Source: Klebsormidium nitens (taxonomy: Eukaryota; Plantae; Klebsormidiophyceae). Taken from it: a DNA stretch of 64,000 nucleotides. The notes below the pieces were generated by a model, which was given only the letters and a program-made list of their open reading frames with translations, was not told the DNA's origin and made no database searches. Positions within the stretch are counted from its first letter, which is position 1, and each line of letters opens with the position of its first letter. Position numbers and translations under genes: made by a program. The DNA lies in assembly GCA_000708835.1 (NCBI GenBank), contig DF237043.1:1-64000 (forward strand), given 5' to 3'. Below, piece by piece: positions 48,828 through 62,597 of this stretch.

Positions 48828-51800
48828 ATGTATCTGAACAGACTTACGGGGGACCTCATCCCAGTGTCCCCAGAGAGCAGCCGCAAGTCAGAGGACTCCG
48901 GGTCAGCGCGGCATTCGGAAGACTCGGTCGGCACGGGGAGTCGGTTCTCAGGTCTCTCTATGGATGAGAGGAGGTTTTCGGTGGACAGAATGGCGGAGAA
49001 GAAGAAAGATGTGTTGGCGGACTCTGCGCAATTGCCGATGGAGTCTCTGAACCTGCAAACCACCCGGCAGGAACCTAGTGCACCAATCGGTAGTCCCCCC
49101 TCTTGGCAAAGTGACAAGGAGCCCCGTGCTCCGAGGGCCGCTTTCAAACCTCAAGACTTCAAGATTGGAAAGCTTCTGGGGCTTGGCTCTTACTCAAAAG
49201 TGAGCACCTTCTGGAATGATGCAAGTGGCGGTTCCAATTGGGGAAAGAATATTAATATGATTGCGCACATATGCAAAATCTGTGGCATGGATTGGTTCTC
49301 ATAGGATTTTGTGTCCATCTGGACGGACACATTGTGTTAACATATCTGTTGGGTTTCTTTCCTAAAAGGTGTCTCCAGAAAGTCTGTGAAAATGTGCAGG
49401 AACTTTTCCATTCAGTTCATAATGCTGCTCATTCGAGTACTTCTATTGATCAATGCCACCAAAGGGTTCTTTATTTTTCTTTATGGAGGTCGTTTCTGGC
49501 GATTCTAAAAGACATCTGGAAGGTGCATAGCTTGAATGGTGGGGTTGCCTCTTCCGCTCTCAGTAGGCTCCAATTGCATGAGCTCACTTAACCTTGTCAA
49601 TTTTATCTTCGGTTCCTCTCCCTTCAGGTGGCTCAAGCAACACTCATTGCTACTGGTCAGGAGTACGCCCTGAAAGTCATGGATAAAGGACACATAATCA
49701 GGGAGAGGAAGATTCTCCAAACAAAGCGGGAACGAAACATCTTGGACCGACTGGGGCACCCTGGGGTCGTCCGCCTGTGCTTCACATTCCAAGACCAGCA
49801 GTCATTGTGTATCCCTCTTACAACGCTCTGCATCGATTCTTCGCACTCTGCCTTAAGTGCCTCATTTGAACCATATTTGCATTATCCGTTCCCTTGAGCT
49901 TCTGAGTAGGCATTTGTGACAATGCACACACCTCTTTTGGAGCAATGATGATTGCTCCTTGAGGAAGAGTTCATTTGCCGCAACTTGGCCTCCGGCACTT
50001 TTCTGTTCTTTCAGTGGTGTCAAATTTCCAAACCGCCAAAAGTTAGTAACTCCTTGACACGTTAACCAGACATGGGCCTGGAGCTGTGCCCCGGGGGAGA
50101 GTTGTTTGACCAGATCAAAAGGCGCGGCAAGCTGCCCCTCGAAAGCGCGCGCTTCTACGCAGCTGAGGTGGTGGACTGTCTGGAGCACATCCACAGTGAA
50201 GGAGTCATTCACAGAGACCTCAAGGTTAGCATTCAATGATCCATCATCAATGGCTTCCACTTCCCCCCAACCGTTTAGCTGGACTCAGACAGCAGGTGGG
50301 GTTTCCCTCCAGGCAGGAAGAAGACTCGATGCAGGCAGGGAGGATGGTTACTTTAGACAAAGGATAGGTCAGACAAAGGGATCACATTGCGTCAGGAAAA
50401 CTTCGGTAGTGCGCCGTTTCATGTTAGGGGTTGTCAGGTGCCTCGAGGACGGTAGTTTCGAACATGTTGAAGGCAGGCTTTTTGCCTGGTTGTGCAGCAC
50501 GTTGTAAATGCCGGCCACACTCTGATCATCTAACTCGCTGGGTCAACACCCTGCTAAAGGGATTCGTGTTGATCATTTTTGTAGCCCGAGAATCTGCTCT
50601 TCACAGCGGACGGCCACCTGAAGCTGGGCGACTTCGGCAGTGCAATCTTTGTAGATGAGGGAGCCTACATCACAGCCCCAGGTGGGCCAGACGGTGACTC
50701 CCAAACCTTTATTTGCAGCAATCGCACCTTCTTTGGACTTTGCAAACCAGATTCTTTGGTGGAACCATTGCGTTCACTCGACAAAATGGTGGTTGACATG
50801 AGTGTCTGCAGAAGTTGAGTCGAGTTCTTAGGCAGGTGGTGACATGGCAAAGGCCTCATCGACCTTTGACTCCTCTCTTAGTGGTGCCGCTTTTGATATT
50901 GCAAGTCCATTCTGCAAGGGAACCTTGAGAACTCAAAATCATATACTGCCAGTCTCGGTTCATCCTTCTGATCGGGACACCGGCACGAAGTTCTTTCGAC
51001 AAGTACTATCAAGTCCAGGAGAGGCCGAAGCCGAAAAGGAGCAAAGGTTTGCTTTGGACATTCTACTTCGACTTTGTCCTTAGCGCTGGTCTCTCGACAG
51101 AGTCAGCTTAACGCTGGCCTGACCACTTCTTTGGCAGCAGGCGACGAGAGGAAGGGCTCGTTTGTGGGGACTGCCGAGTACGTTTCTCCTGAGATGCTCA
51201 ACAGCAAGCACGTCGCTGCCAGGTGAGCTGGTGATGAAACTCATACTTGTCAGGTATTCGGCCTACCGGTCTCGCTCATTGGAAGAGTTTCCTCGGATAT
51301 TGCCTGACCTTCTGAGGCTGTCATCTATCACTTCCAAATCTCTCAGTCGAAAAAGTGACCGTAGTAGTGAAGTCGTGTGATCGAGCCATCCGTGTCCTTC
51401 TTTCCTTCTTAATTGCGTCGAAGCTGGCTCGAAGTTCGTTTCTTTGAGGAGGTTTTTCCACAGCTGACGCAACATTCGCTTGGTTCTCGAGACACGCGAG
51501 TAGACCCTTCTATCTAAACGACTTCCCGCCCTCGGTTGCCTCATGTCCCACCAACCAGTCTGCAGCTCTTTAAGAAGCAGGCTTTTTGTATTAAACTGTT
51601 CCCTTCCTTTTGCGGCTTGGAATTCTGGGCCCTGAACTCCTTCCCTTTAGTATACCGAGTTACTTCCTCCAAACCAAAACAACTCTAACAATCTGGTTGT
51701 TTCTGTCTTTGAAACACCGACTACTGGCCCTTGTATTGCCTTCTCTTCCCTTGTCTTGGGCTCTGGAATCCATATGTTCCACAACCCGATTCGCCTGATT

Positions 51801-54800
51801 TAAACCAGAATAATCCAAGAAATCAACATCTTTTTTCACTGCGGTACCGACACCTGGGCCCTAGGTTGCCTAATCTTCCAGAATTTTGCGGCCGCGCCTC
51901 CGAACACCTTCGTTCCTCACTGAAGCTCAGCTCAAAATGGTTTATCCGAAAAGGTTCCTCCACAGGTTCAACGCAACTTTTGCTTGGTCTTCGAGATTAC
52001 TCAAGCAAATGAGTCCTTCGTTTTGCAGTACCGACTACTGGGCCCTAGGTTGCCTTATCTTCCAAATGCTCACGGGCGTGTCGACCTTCAAGGCCGCAAG
52101 CGAGTACCTGTGCTTTCAGCGCATCTTGCAACGGGACATTGTTTGGCCGCCCGACATGCCGAACGCAGCAATGGACTTGATTGACGGCTTGCTGGTGAGA
52201 AATCAGGGCCTGTTCCGTTGCGTGCCAAGCCCGTTCTGCTTGTACGTTTCGCCATCGGAACTCGCTTCCAAAACTCTGGTTGGTACCCCTTCGTTAAGAA
52301 AATGAACTGGCCGCAGTTTGTTCTCTGGAGGAGCTGTTATGTTGTAACCCGCCCCTTCGTAGAATAGCGCTTTCAGAACCACTGAAATTGCTTTTAAAAT
52401 TGTAAGCATAAAAGCGTGACGTTCGAATGCTCCGGTTCGAGCGATGCCGTCTTGTCTTGCCCACAACTGTCTAATCACCCGTTCTTTGCAAGGCTATCAT
52501 CTATCGAAGTTGGAGGCAGAAAGATGGAGTTGCCGTTGCCCCCAAATCTGTGCCCTTCCAGTCTTCCGAGTTTTGAAGTGGAGGCGAGTTAACGGGACGC
52601 CCTGGCTAACCAAGAGCCGCAACCCATTTCAGGACATGAACCCCAAGACGCGCTTGGGCTCCGATCCCGCCCGCCTGGCGGCCCTCAAGGCCCACCCCTT
52701 CTTCGCGGGCGTTGACTGGAGCAACGTCCGGGGACACCGTGCGCCGCCGTTGCTGCCAGCACCCGCGTTGGAAGAAGAGGACGATGATGGAGAGGTATGG
52801 CGGCGTGCTTCGTCGCCCCTTGTTTTCGTTTCTTCGAACTTGGGGCCTTTGTCTACTCTGTTCCGCTCCACATTGTGATGGCTTTCATCTGCCGGCTGGT
52901 TTCGCTTTTGGTGCGGATTTTTGTTCTCTTGAGACATGGGCTTGGTCCCGGGCGCCCGCGCTGAAAGAGGTAGTGAGAATGGAACGCACACCCCGGGGCC
53001 AGGCTACCTCTGCTCGTTTGGGTGTTTCGCCGTCTGGTGTTCTTTTCCCTTCGTTTTATCTGAACCGTGATCGTCTTAAATGTTAGCAGAAGACGAGGAG
53101 GAAAGGGATGCACGGCCAGGTCCTTCGTCCTTCTTCGCCGTTAAGTCTGCGTTTGGTGCACGTAGTCTCTCGTCTTCTTCTCGCTTCTCGTTCTGGCACA
53201 GAAGGCTTTCAAGTCTGCAACTGGAAGAGGTTGGCAACGGTCAGGGAGAAACGGTCTGTTCCACGGTTTGGTATCTTCACGGCGGCTCATCAACCAGATT
53301 TTTGTTTGAGCTTCAAGTCCCCGGTCTAGGAGACCTTGTTAACATCTGTCCGGTATTGAGAAGTTCAGCCTCTCGAGGTTGTGATCGTCCAGGCTTCTTC
53401 TGTGCGATTTATCAACCTTGATTCTGACTGTCACACCCCTTTCCTTCCCCCACAGGACGACAGGTGGGACGATTTCAACTGAACGGCCCGTGCCCGTTCT
53501 CAGCGCTCCGGCCGGCGCCTTTCGAAGGTACTGCGGAAATATGACCTGGTGCTCTTGCAACTGACTACTTCACTGCCTCTTTCACAGCCTGCCACGTCAC
53601 CACGCACTCAATGCTCGACACATCGCAACTCACATCCCCTCAGCGCACGCCGACTCGCCCACCTTCTCAAGCTTTCACTGGAGCACCGTCTAAAATTCCT
53701 CTTTCCAGCAGGCCACGTGGCAGATAGGCGCAGGCTACGCCCCTACTCTGACGTCACTTTCACGATCACTTCTCCTCCCTCCTTTCAGCCAGCTTACCTC
53801 AAAGGGGCGTTCACGGACTCACGCGCTCGCGCCTCGGCTTCAATCACACCACTGATCACTCACGACAAGCAACACGACCACCATTGACCACTCTTACTAA
53901 CCGCTCGCCACCTATTGCTCACCACTTTTGACGACCTCGTGAAGACTAGTTCTGCTTGATCCGCATCCACATCGGAACTTCCAAATCAGAAACGCTATCG
54001 CTGTGTCCATGTGTGCTCGGCTCTTTTTTGCGCGTCTGCTTGCTCTAAGTAGGCGACCACGTTTCTCTGAGCACCCCGAAAAGAGCGCGTCTTTCTTTTA
54101 TTGTCCTTCTATGCTCAACCAGGGCAAGCTAGTCGCCGTTTTGATGTCTTGCGAAGAAGCATCGCTCAATCTGCGCCTCTCATCACAAACCGTGGACCAC
54201 CTTGGGGCAAGGCACCTTCTGCACAATAGCAGCCTGGTTCTCTGTCAGAATGTATCCTGGAAGACCGCAGGATGGGCGACCACTCAGCCGTATCTTAGAA
54301 GCAATTCGTTCATAGCAATATGCAATTCCTGGTTGAAAATGATGTGCTTCTTCTGCGTGGCAGGACGATGGGGACTGGGACTGCGCGCACATGGGAGGCA
54401 CTCTAGAGAGCTTCAAATTACCGACCGCTCAGTCGATGTTGCCGCCAGAGACGTCAGAGTCTAGTCGTGACGACCTGGAAATCTGGTGAGTACCTTTTCT
54501 ACCAAGAATGTGAGAAAGAGTTCCCGCTCTGACGTCACACGTCTGCCAGCGGAGATGCGATCTGACCGTCCAATAAGGGCAAATATTTTTACTCTGTCGA
54601 CCCCTCGAGCAAGCCTGAACGCCGCTCTTGCATTCTGCGGTGACGATATGGTACCGTCCAAGTTCCGCAAAAGCGAGACGAGTCGAGCCTGGCTGAGTGA
54701 CGTCTCCAGTATTGTTTCTCTGGTTCCCTGGATCTCCTCGTCTTACATGCCCAAGAATGGATTCACCTAAACCAATGGAACGAGTCTGCTCTCAAGTCTG

Positions 54801-55527
54801 AAGCCACTAATAACAGTAGTTGTTTCTCACCTGCTTAAAAAAAGCTTCTGAACTATCGCAGGGAGCGGTTCCTGCTGCCAGGCGAGAGGATTGCGTTCAC
54901 GACGCTCGTGAAAAAGCACAAAGGATTTTCCTCCAAGAAGCGTCAGTTGCTGCTGACCAACACCCCGCGCCTGCTGTACATGGACCCCGTCAAAATGGTG
55001 TTAATGGGCACCATTCCCTGGACGTCCGAACTGAGCGTCCGAGTGGAGAGCCCGTGCAACTTCAATATCTGGACGGTGAGTATCTCGGAGTTGCTGTTTT
55101 CATCAAGGCCTTCGACTCGTCAGAGGGTTCGTGCTACCAAGCGTCATCATCGTAAGAGGAGGTATTCCGAAACGTGTTCTCTTTTCTGCTTGGCGACTGG
55201 CTTTGTCTTCGGCATCGCCCGTTCTCGTGAACATCGCGGATCGGATGCCTTTGTTTTGCGGTATTTCACTGGTGCTTCTGCTTTGAAACGCGTTGCTGGG
55301 TTTTGCAACTGAGGCAAGGTTGCAAGAGTCGTGGGTTGATTTGACTTAGCATCTGAACCTTGGATTCTAAGGCTCGCTCCTAGCTCGGCCACAGGCCGGC
55401 GGAGACCTCGTTCTGTCCGCTCATCTTCGCTTGGACCGCGTTCCTGCAGCCTGGACGTACTTACGTCCTCCAAGATCTACATGGGCTGGCGTGGCAGTGG
55501 AAGGCAGAGATTGAGGCCTTGCAATGA
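48828..55527 (+). CDS. PDK1: 3-phosphoinositide-dependent protein kinase 1 (kinase plus C-terminal PH domain)
   Basis: Exons: 48828-49199, 49628-49808, 50070-50224, 50585-50681, 51141-51222, 52029-52194, 52633-52794, 54364-54485, 54862-55075, 55450-55527. Motifs include [41 protein letters not shown] and the PH domain [18 protein letters not shown]. Confidence 0.95.
51712..52070 (+). repeat. Two upstream partial copies of the PDK1 exon 6 5' end
   Basis: ACCGAC..CTGGGCCCTAGGTTGCCT.ATCTTCCA occurs at ~51846, with a decayed copy at ~51717; the real exon starts at 52029. Confidence 0.8.
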
Positions 55528-56844
55528 CTGTGTTCACTAGCTTTTGTATCGGCTTCGAATTAGCGAGACTGTCCCCTTTACAGATGCAACGCGTGCACGC
55601 TGTGGAGGAGAGTGTTGTATTTTACGTCAGGACTGACGGGCAGATTTAGTTTAAGTTCAGGGTTTCATGCAGAGAGTTGGTGTTTGATCGGGCTTAATTT
55701 GTTTCTTGACACGCATCCATATGAATCGAGCGTTTTCGATGAAACCTCGATTAAAAATTATGGGTCGAGCCGCCCCCTTGGACCCAAGTGCAACTCATCA
55801 TATCGGAGGTTCACCAAGATCCTTACAACCGTTCAATTGATTAAATGGATGGCCCAGGTGACGTGTGTTACGGTGGCCCATGCCCATCTTTAGCATTGCC
55901 ATGATATAGCCTGGTTGGCAACGTTTGGTACGTGCATGCAGCATTCATTCATGTGAGCCCGCTTACGATCCGTCATGCCGCCACTTAACTCGGGCTCGCC
56001 GTCATCTCATGTCGTGGGTCAATACCGTATACACAGCACGGCACATGCGGAGATTGCTACCACAGCATACGATGAGATATAAACTGCTATAGCCTGCTTT
56101 CCTAATCATTTTGGCCCGCAGCTAGGAATGAGCTTTGGAAGTTGATTGTTCGGGCTATTGTCTAGGGTGCAGGCGTGCCCTCGCGCGCTAAAGCTCTTAT
56201 ATTGAAAACGCGCCCTACAACATGGCACGCGTGTATGGCCGATCTGCAGTTGGCCATGCGTCTCAAGTTGAACCATCTGGCATGTACCCTAGACTCAGTC
56301 TAGTAATCCTTCCTTGCTATCCCCCACGTCGTCATCATGCTCAGCAAGGTGCAACCATATGCGACTGCATTGCGAATAAGATTGTGCATGTTTTGAAATG
56401 TCCCGACCGTCCTTGCTGATTCATGTGCGGATTGGAATCCAGCAGATAATTAGTGCGTTTAGAGTGTGTCGTCGCATCCAGCTCAAACGGCGCTGGCAGA
56501 CTCTCATTACCACCAAGCCCGGTCGTAACGACAATCGCATGCTCCTTCAATCACTCGATCTCCGCCGCGTGCAAGTTCAGCCACGATACATCTTATGCCT
56601 CCTGCTGAATGCATGATGGACAACATAATGCGAGCATTGCCACCGGCAGCCATGACCGCGGACCGAGCGCTGCTTCAGATACATATAACTATAATGATTC
56701 ACGAGAGATGCGATCCGATCACAATCTCACAAACATCTGATGCGCTCATCGAGTACAGGATGTCAAGTAAGCTGCTTCCATCGTAGTTGTTCGATTTCAG
56801 TGGCGTTCTGACCGCATGCTTATAAGATCAACGAAGCATCCTAC

Positions 56845-57900
56845 CTACAGTATGTCACAGTACGTCCCTTTTCGAAAGTCGCAACAAGCGTCCAATCCTG
56901 GATCGCCGTAACATTCCACACCACTCCGTATCCTTCTTGCATGCAGGTGCCACCCCAGCACTCGTATGTAGGATCTCTTGACCTGGTTGCGCTCGACATC
57001 ACCTACTTCATACCCCGCGTACCTCTCAAAGATGTTTCTTCCCAAAGCCTCGCTAGTTTTGCTCAAGGTCTCATTGGTAGAGAACTTGATGACTGAGGCT
57101 GACCTTTAGGTGACGCGACTTGCACGTGCCGTTTCACAACGGGGACGTTAAACATGTACGCAAAGCGATACTCGCAAGCATCAATGCATCTTCTTCCAGG
57201 CGTGGGAAAAGCCCTTTCAAAAAGACAGAGTACCAAAGGTCTCTGCAGGTACCATCTTCTTCCTCCGGTCTCTTTCCTGGCGAGGGTCTGTTATCGACCG
57301 TCTGTATATGCGCTTGGCAAATCGGTAGATCATCGGAGCTGAGATTGGCGTTTTGACAAGTGCAAGCATCTCAGGTTTGGGTGTCTTTCTTTGAGCATCA
57401 GAGACAGTTCCCGACCGTGGCACTTTCCCATCTTGTAGCGGGCGTCCCGCTCTCGTTCTTCACCGGTATTTTTGATCAAATCGTGCTCCCCCTTTTTCAC
57501 GATCCTGACGATTGTTGACCTTGCATCTTCGCGAATTGGCAGCTGCCAGGCCCCCTGGACAGAAGCCATTTCAGGAAAGCGTTCCAGAGGCACCCCCGAC
57601 TGTTCCTGGCAAATCCCTGAGCGACTCAAGAACCTTGTTGTCGCCGGTCCTAGTCCTTCCGCGTCGTTTGCTTTCATCCTTGAAATTGAGCTGATTGCTG
57701 GCAGTGCTGATCCTCGACGTTCAAGCTTTGGAAGTGAAGCTCTACAATTAGCGAGCCGATCAAGTACTGCTCTGATCAGCAGCCGCTATTCATGGCCAGG
57801 CTTGCAGACTCTCTTGGAAATGTCAAGGAAAGAGGTATCTTGTTGGAACAGGGCGCTGAAAATGATAGCCTACAGAAGCTCCGAGCTTGATCAACTCATT
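56845..57900 (-). pseudogene. Decayed intronless gene of unknown family, copy 2
   Basis: Frameshifted paralog of 58987-60233: RDLWYSVFLKGLFPRLEED...FAYMFNVPVVKRHV...STNETLSKTSEALGRNIFERYAGYEVGD...QEGYGVVWN. Confidence 0.6.
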
Positions 57901-58986
57901 CTCGGACCTTAGATCCTGATCAGAGGCTCCAAATTAATATGGTAGTTCAAGAGAGACACATTCTCAAACTGCTGACGGTGACCGGGACCGGGTCGTCGAG
58001 TGCGCGTGAGTGCGCGGCCGCCATCGCACCGCAATTCCCGACTAATCCCCGTCGCACGCGGCCGGCCTCAGCTGCCAGGTGCCACGCGGCGCCGGCCAAA
58101 CGCCATCCCCTTGACAAGCAGTACGTCGATCCTTAGTGCAAGCTTTCTACTCTGTAAAGCTGAGGTTGCCGATGAGGGACCGACGGGATGCTCACCTGTT
58201 CTCTCGTGGCGTGATACTGTACGAGAGCCAAAGATAGAAACGCATCTTGGCTTGAATGATTGATATTCACCTTTTTCGACTTTCTCGTTTTACAGTCTTT
58301 CCATTCCACTCTCTGGCGGTGCCAGTGTCCGAGGTTACATCCAGGCAACTGGTTACAAGATTGGCACACTCTGAACCCTTAAACTTACAACACTTATGTC
58401 CAAGTTCTTCAGACTTGTAAGCCAGGCTATAAGCTGGCTATTCGAGCCTTTATGATCAATCAATTTGAGCAACCGTGGATCATCGTAATTACTGAGCATG
58501 CAGGAAGAGCAAAGCCCGGGCATGTAGAGTAGACTGAGTAGTGTTGCATTTCGTAGCCGAAAAAGGTTATGTAGAAGGACAATCACACTGAAAGACTTTT
58601 AAGATTTGATGGACCTTCAATTCGACGAGCGTCACGTTCAACTGATACTCGGCTGGCACATATGTGTGAAACAAAGTGGCCGTATTCAATCGATACATCT
58701 TGAGATGTTTTGTGGTACTCGGAACACGACATCAAGATCGGAAAAGCCACAAAAAGGCTCTTGGAAACAATATGACAACTACGTCAAAGCTAGTCTGACT
58801 TTGCAGAAACAAAGAGTTGTACGCTGAATGTTACCGCAAGAAGACAAGAATCAGCGTTTCTGCGTCTGAACAATCATCATTTCGTGTGTCAATATACCAA
58901 TTTAGTCACTCTGCCTGTCTACGATCTGAGTTTGCTCACAAAATGAGCGTCATCATCCCTGGCTTCATTCATGACTTGCGATCACG

Positions 58987-60233
58987 TCAGCGTTGATGTC
59001 GACTCCCCTTCTCTAAAGTCGCAACGAGCGTCCAGTCCCGGATTGCTGCGGTGTTCCACACAACTCCGTATCCTTCCTGGAGATGCCAACCCGGAAACCA
59101 TGAACGCCTTTTGTTGCGCCGCTCGCGATCGATGTCACCTAGTTCATACCCCGCATACGTGTCAAAGATGCCCTTCCCCAGAGCCTCACTAACTTTTTGC
59201 AGTGTCTCGTTGGTCGACATCCTGATCACGGTGGACGGCCTCTTACCATGAGCTGACACGTGGCGCTTGACGAATGGAACATTGAACATGTACGCGTAGC
59301 GAGCCCCGTACTCGTTCTGAAACTCTTCCTCCAAGCGGGAAAAGCGACCATTCAAACAGATTGAGTACCAAATGTCTCTACCGGTACCCCCCTCTTCCTC
59401 GGGCCGTCTGCCCGGGGACGCCTTGGTTATTGAGTGCTTGTACCTGCGCGTGTCCCAACCGTCCCACGTGGGAGTCGGTACAAGATTGGCTCGGGGACCG
59501 GCGTTGCCATGACAGGTGCAAGCACCTCAGGTTGGGGTGAGCGTCTGTCAGCATCTGCGAGGCCTCCTGAGCTAGGCGCGTAGCCGTCCTGTGGCGAAGA
59601 CGGCCAAGCTATCAAAACGCTCTCCGTCAGGTCTGGTTATCACCCAATCATCCTCTGAAACCTTGATGATGTTTGGAAGATCTGAAATTGCAAAATGACT
59701 GGTTAATGGCCGGTTGATCTGGACAGACTCCTCTGCCGAGCTCCCCTCCGGTACTGAGAGGACCCGAACAACAGAACGTCTCCGGCGAACTTCTCGAGTT
59801 GCAAAGCAGCGGCGTCCACCTTTCTTGGACTTTGTCAAATTTGTTGGAAGCAGGGTGTTCGAGCTTCGGGTTTCTGCAAGCAAACTGTCTGTTGACAGAC
59901 TTCTCATGTTGCGGGACCCTTGGAGCCAGCTGTTCAATGGATGCAAATTGCCAGCTCTCGACTGCCGAAGCGTTTGTTCAGAAAGTCGCTTCCGTTGACG
60001 TGCAGAAAGCTTGGCACTTGACTTGCTTGTATCGCGCTTTTCATGGCGCTGAGGAGCGTGCTGCAGATCGAATTGTAATGAGTTACTCTAAGGATAGCTT
60101 GCACATTAGCTGGTATTGAGGCATTTCTTAGGCATATTTGCTGATCGATGTATGAAACACGAAGCGTTTTTAAGCCGAGGAGCCCGGAGCTAAGCTCAGC
60201 ATTTGTGATCTGGTGAACAGAAGCCAATGTCAC
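58987..60233 (-). pseudogene. Decayed intronless gene of unknown family, copy 1
   Basis: RDIWYSICLNGRFSRLEEEFQNEYGARYAYMFNVPFVKRHV...STNETLQKVSEALGKGIFDTYAGYELGD...QEGYGVVWN; the upstream part is broken by stops and frameshifts. Confidence 0.6.
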
Positions 60234-62597
60234 TGTTGGATTGGAACCTCGAGCTTTTTGAAGAGAAGAACTTACACCTCATGTCAGAACTGCTGGAAAT
60301 GTCAGCTTGCAGGCAAAAGACCAAGTATCTTACTAGTAGTAGCGGCTGATACTTCCTTTTGTGAAGTGCCAAGCGCAAAGACTAAACCCTGGTCACGTTA
60401 CCGTCGCAGTCCCGTGCCGGCCCCGGCTGCCCGCGGCGGCGGCCGGCGATTTGTCAGTGACTCACTGCACTGATCAGAGGATCAGTGCCGATCGCCGGCG
60501 GCCGGCCACGCAGGACGCGGGCAACGCGCGCCACTCTCGTCCTTAGCTGTCCTTGTCAAAGCGAAGACGGAAATGAAGCCTGGTTGTCACCACGAAATCT
60601 CTGCTCCTGCCAACATCAACCTTGGAAGCCTCAAAAAGCCAAAGGAGCCCGCCGTGGCTGCTGCACAATCATGAAGTTGAAATGAAGCTGGTCTCACCGA
60701 GACAGCGTATATTTGCTCCTGTCCTACTTTGCTGTAATCAAAGACGACTCGGACGAGTGATTTTGTGGTACGTCCAACCGTTTAGGAACTCTTTGGCGTC
60801 AAACGAAATTGCAGCACAGACGTGCATCATCCATGTGCCACGCTTTTGAAGCACCTAGCGTTCCCAAGTATAGGGGAGACAATCTGAAAGGACAGTCAAA
60901 GCAGAAACAAAGGACGGGAACTTAGATTCCGCGTGGCTCAATCGACACACGTGAATAGTAATCATGGAGCGGCAGCCTGGAATTGCATGTGACGGTACAC
61001 TGACTTTCACTGCAACGTTACATGAGAGAGTTTTCAAGGTACCAAAAGACCTCGCTCAGTTCTTGCCGCTTTGCTGGCCTGGGACATTTCCAATCAGCAC
61101 GCATTAAGATAGATATACTCAAGCTCTTGCTGAGAGCAGCAGTGACCGATCTACAGACGCACGTACGGACGAATCGGGAGACTCATCAAACAGATGACGT
61201 GATTGTATGCTCATCTTGACTGTGTAGATTCAAATCTATCGCGGCTTGCTGATGAATCAAGATCGACAACGATGGGTGGATAAGCCCCTGCCCCGAGATG
61301 ATGTCAGCCGAATTGGAACGGCTGCCAAACTGCCAGGTAAGCAGACTGATGATATAACGTGCGAGCAATCGGGGGGGCCAGCTGGCTAGAAGTCGTACTT
61401 GGTGCAGAGAAATTGCATAAAAGATGCTTGCTGAACCTACTACGTATCGTTTGTCGGCTCTGCTACTGAGCCTGACGACTGCACACAGCTTGAGTACCGG
61501 TTAAGCTACGGACTGAGAAGATCGAGGCGCACGCATCATCATGGCGGCCCTGCTGTACGGTATAAAGCGCTTATGGGAATATTGGAATCTTAACTAAATG
61601 CATAATATGCGCGTGCAAACAGGCTCGCGGAGCTGTACGAACAACTGTCGCATGCGCGCACCACTAAGCGCCTTGATTTACGTACTGCCATGACATTCTC
61701 ACTATAATTCGCGAAAGTGAGTGGTGCTCACGTGCAATCGTGATGACCGAATGCATTTGCAGTACTGTACGTCGTTGATTCATGCAATTGAATACACTGC
61801 GTGAGACATTTCGTGAGTGGATCGGAGTATCCAGCTGAGCATGTACAATACCTCCGACGGTCAGGTACGTTTTTGCATCTAATGCACGTGTCATCCAATC
61901 ATCGATCATCTACTTGGAATTGCCTTCAAGCTATACTCATGCAATAAGCCTTCACCTAAGGGCATAAGCTGTACTCTTGTCAAATTAAGGCATCTTGAGA
62001 ATTTACTTGCTGGACATGTGCAAACAACCGAACGGCGACCTCTTCAGTAGCAGAGCTTGCAACCAATCGACTGTACGTCAGAATTCACTTTCAGTGAGTC
62101 AGTCTATGCTGTGCAAACGCTTCTAGACGACGTGGACCTAGGCTAGGTGGAGCGGATCCTGCGTGTGCTCCAGCAAGATCCCACTAATTTTGCGTAGGTT
62201 CTGCTGGCCGTCGCGGGGGCGTTCCTCTAAGCGAGAGCTCTACTGCAGATGCACGGGCCTAAGTCTTGTGTCAACTGAACGTACATAAACAAGTTTCGAA
62301 TCAACCGTCAAGCAATGGGCCAGTCAAGGCCAGCGCTAAATTGTCAGCGAAAACACTGGAGGACTCCATTATAGCTTGCGACGTCTGAACATCCTCTTCA
62401 CCAAAAACGACACAATAAATAGCCTGGCTGCGGGGCTGCTCGTAAACGACCGTCATTGCCAATCATCAGAGCTACCCTTCGGAAACTGGTTCCATCTTTG
62501 CCAAATACTCTACAGTCCCGCAGCGATCAACACGTGTCATTGCCCGCAAGCGACTTCTCTTGCGGTGCTAAAAATTGACAGACCGACTGAAAGCAGA

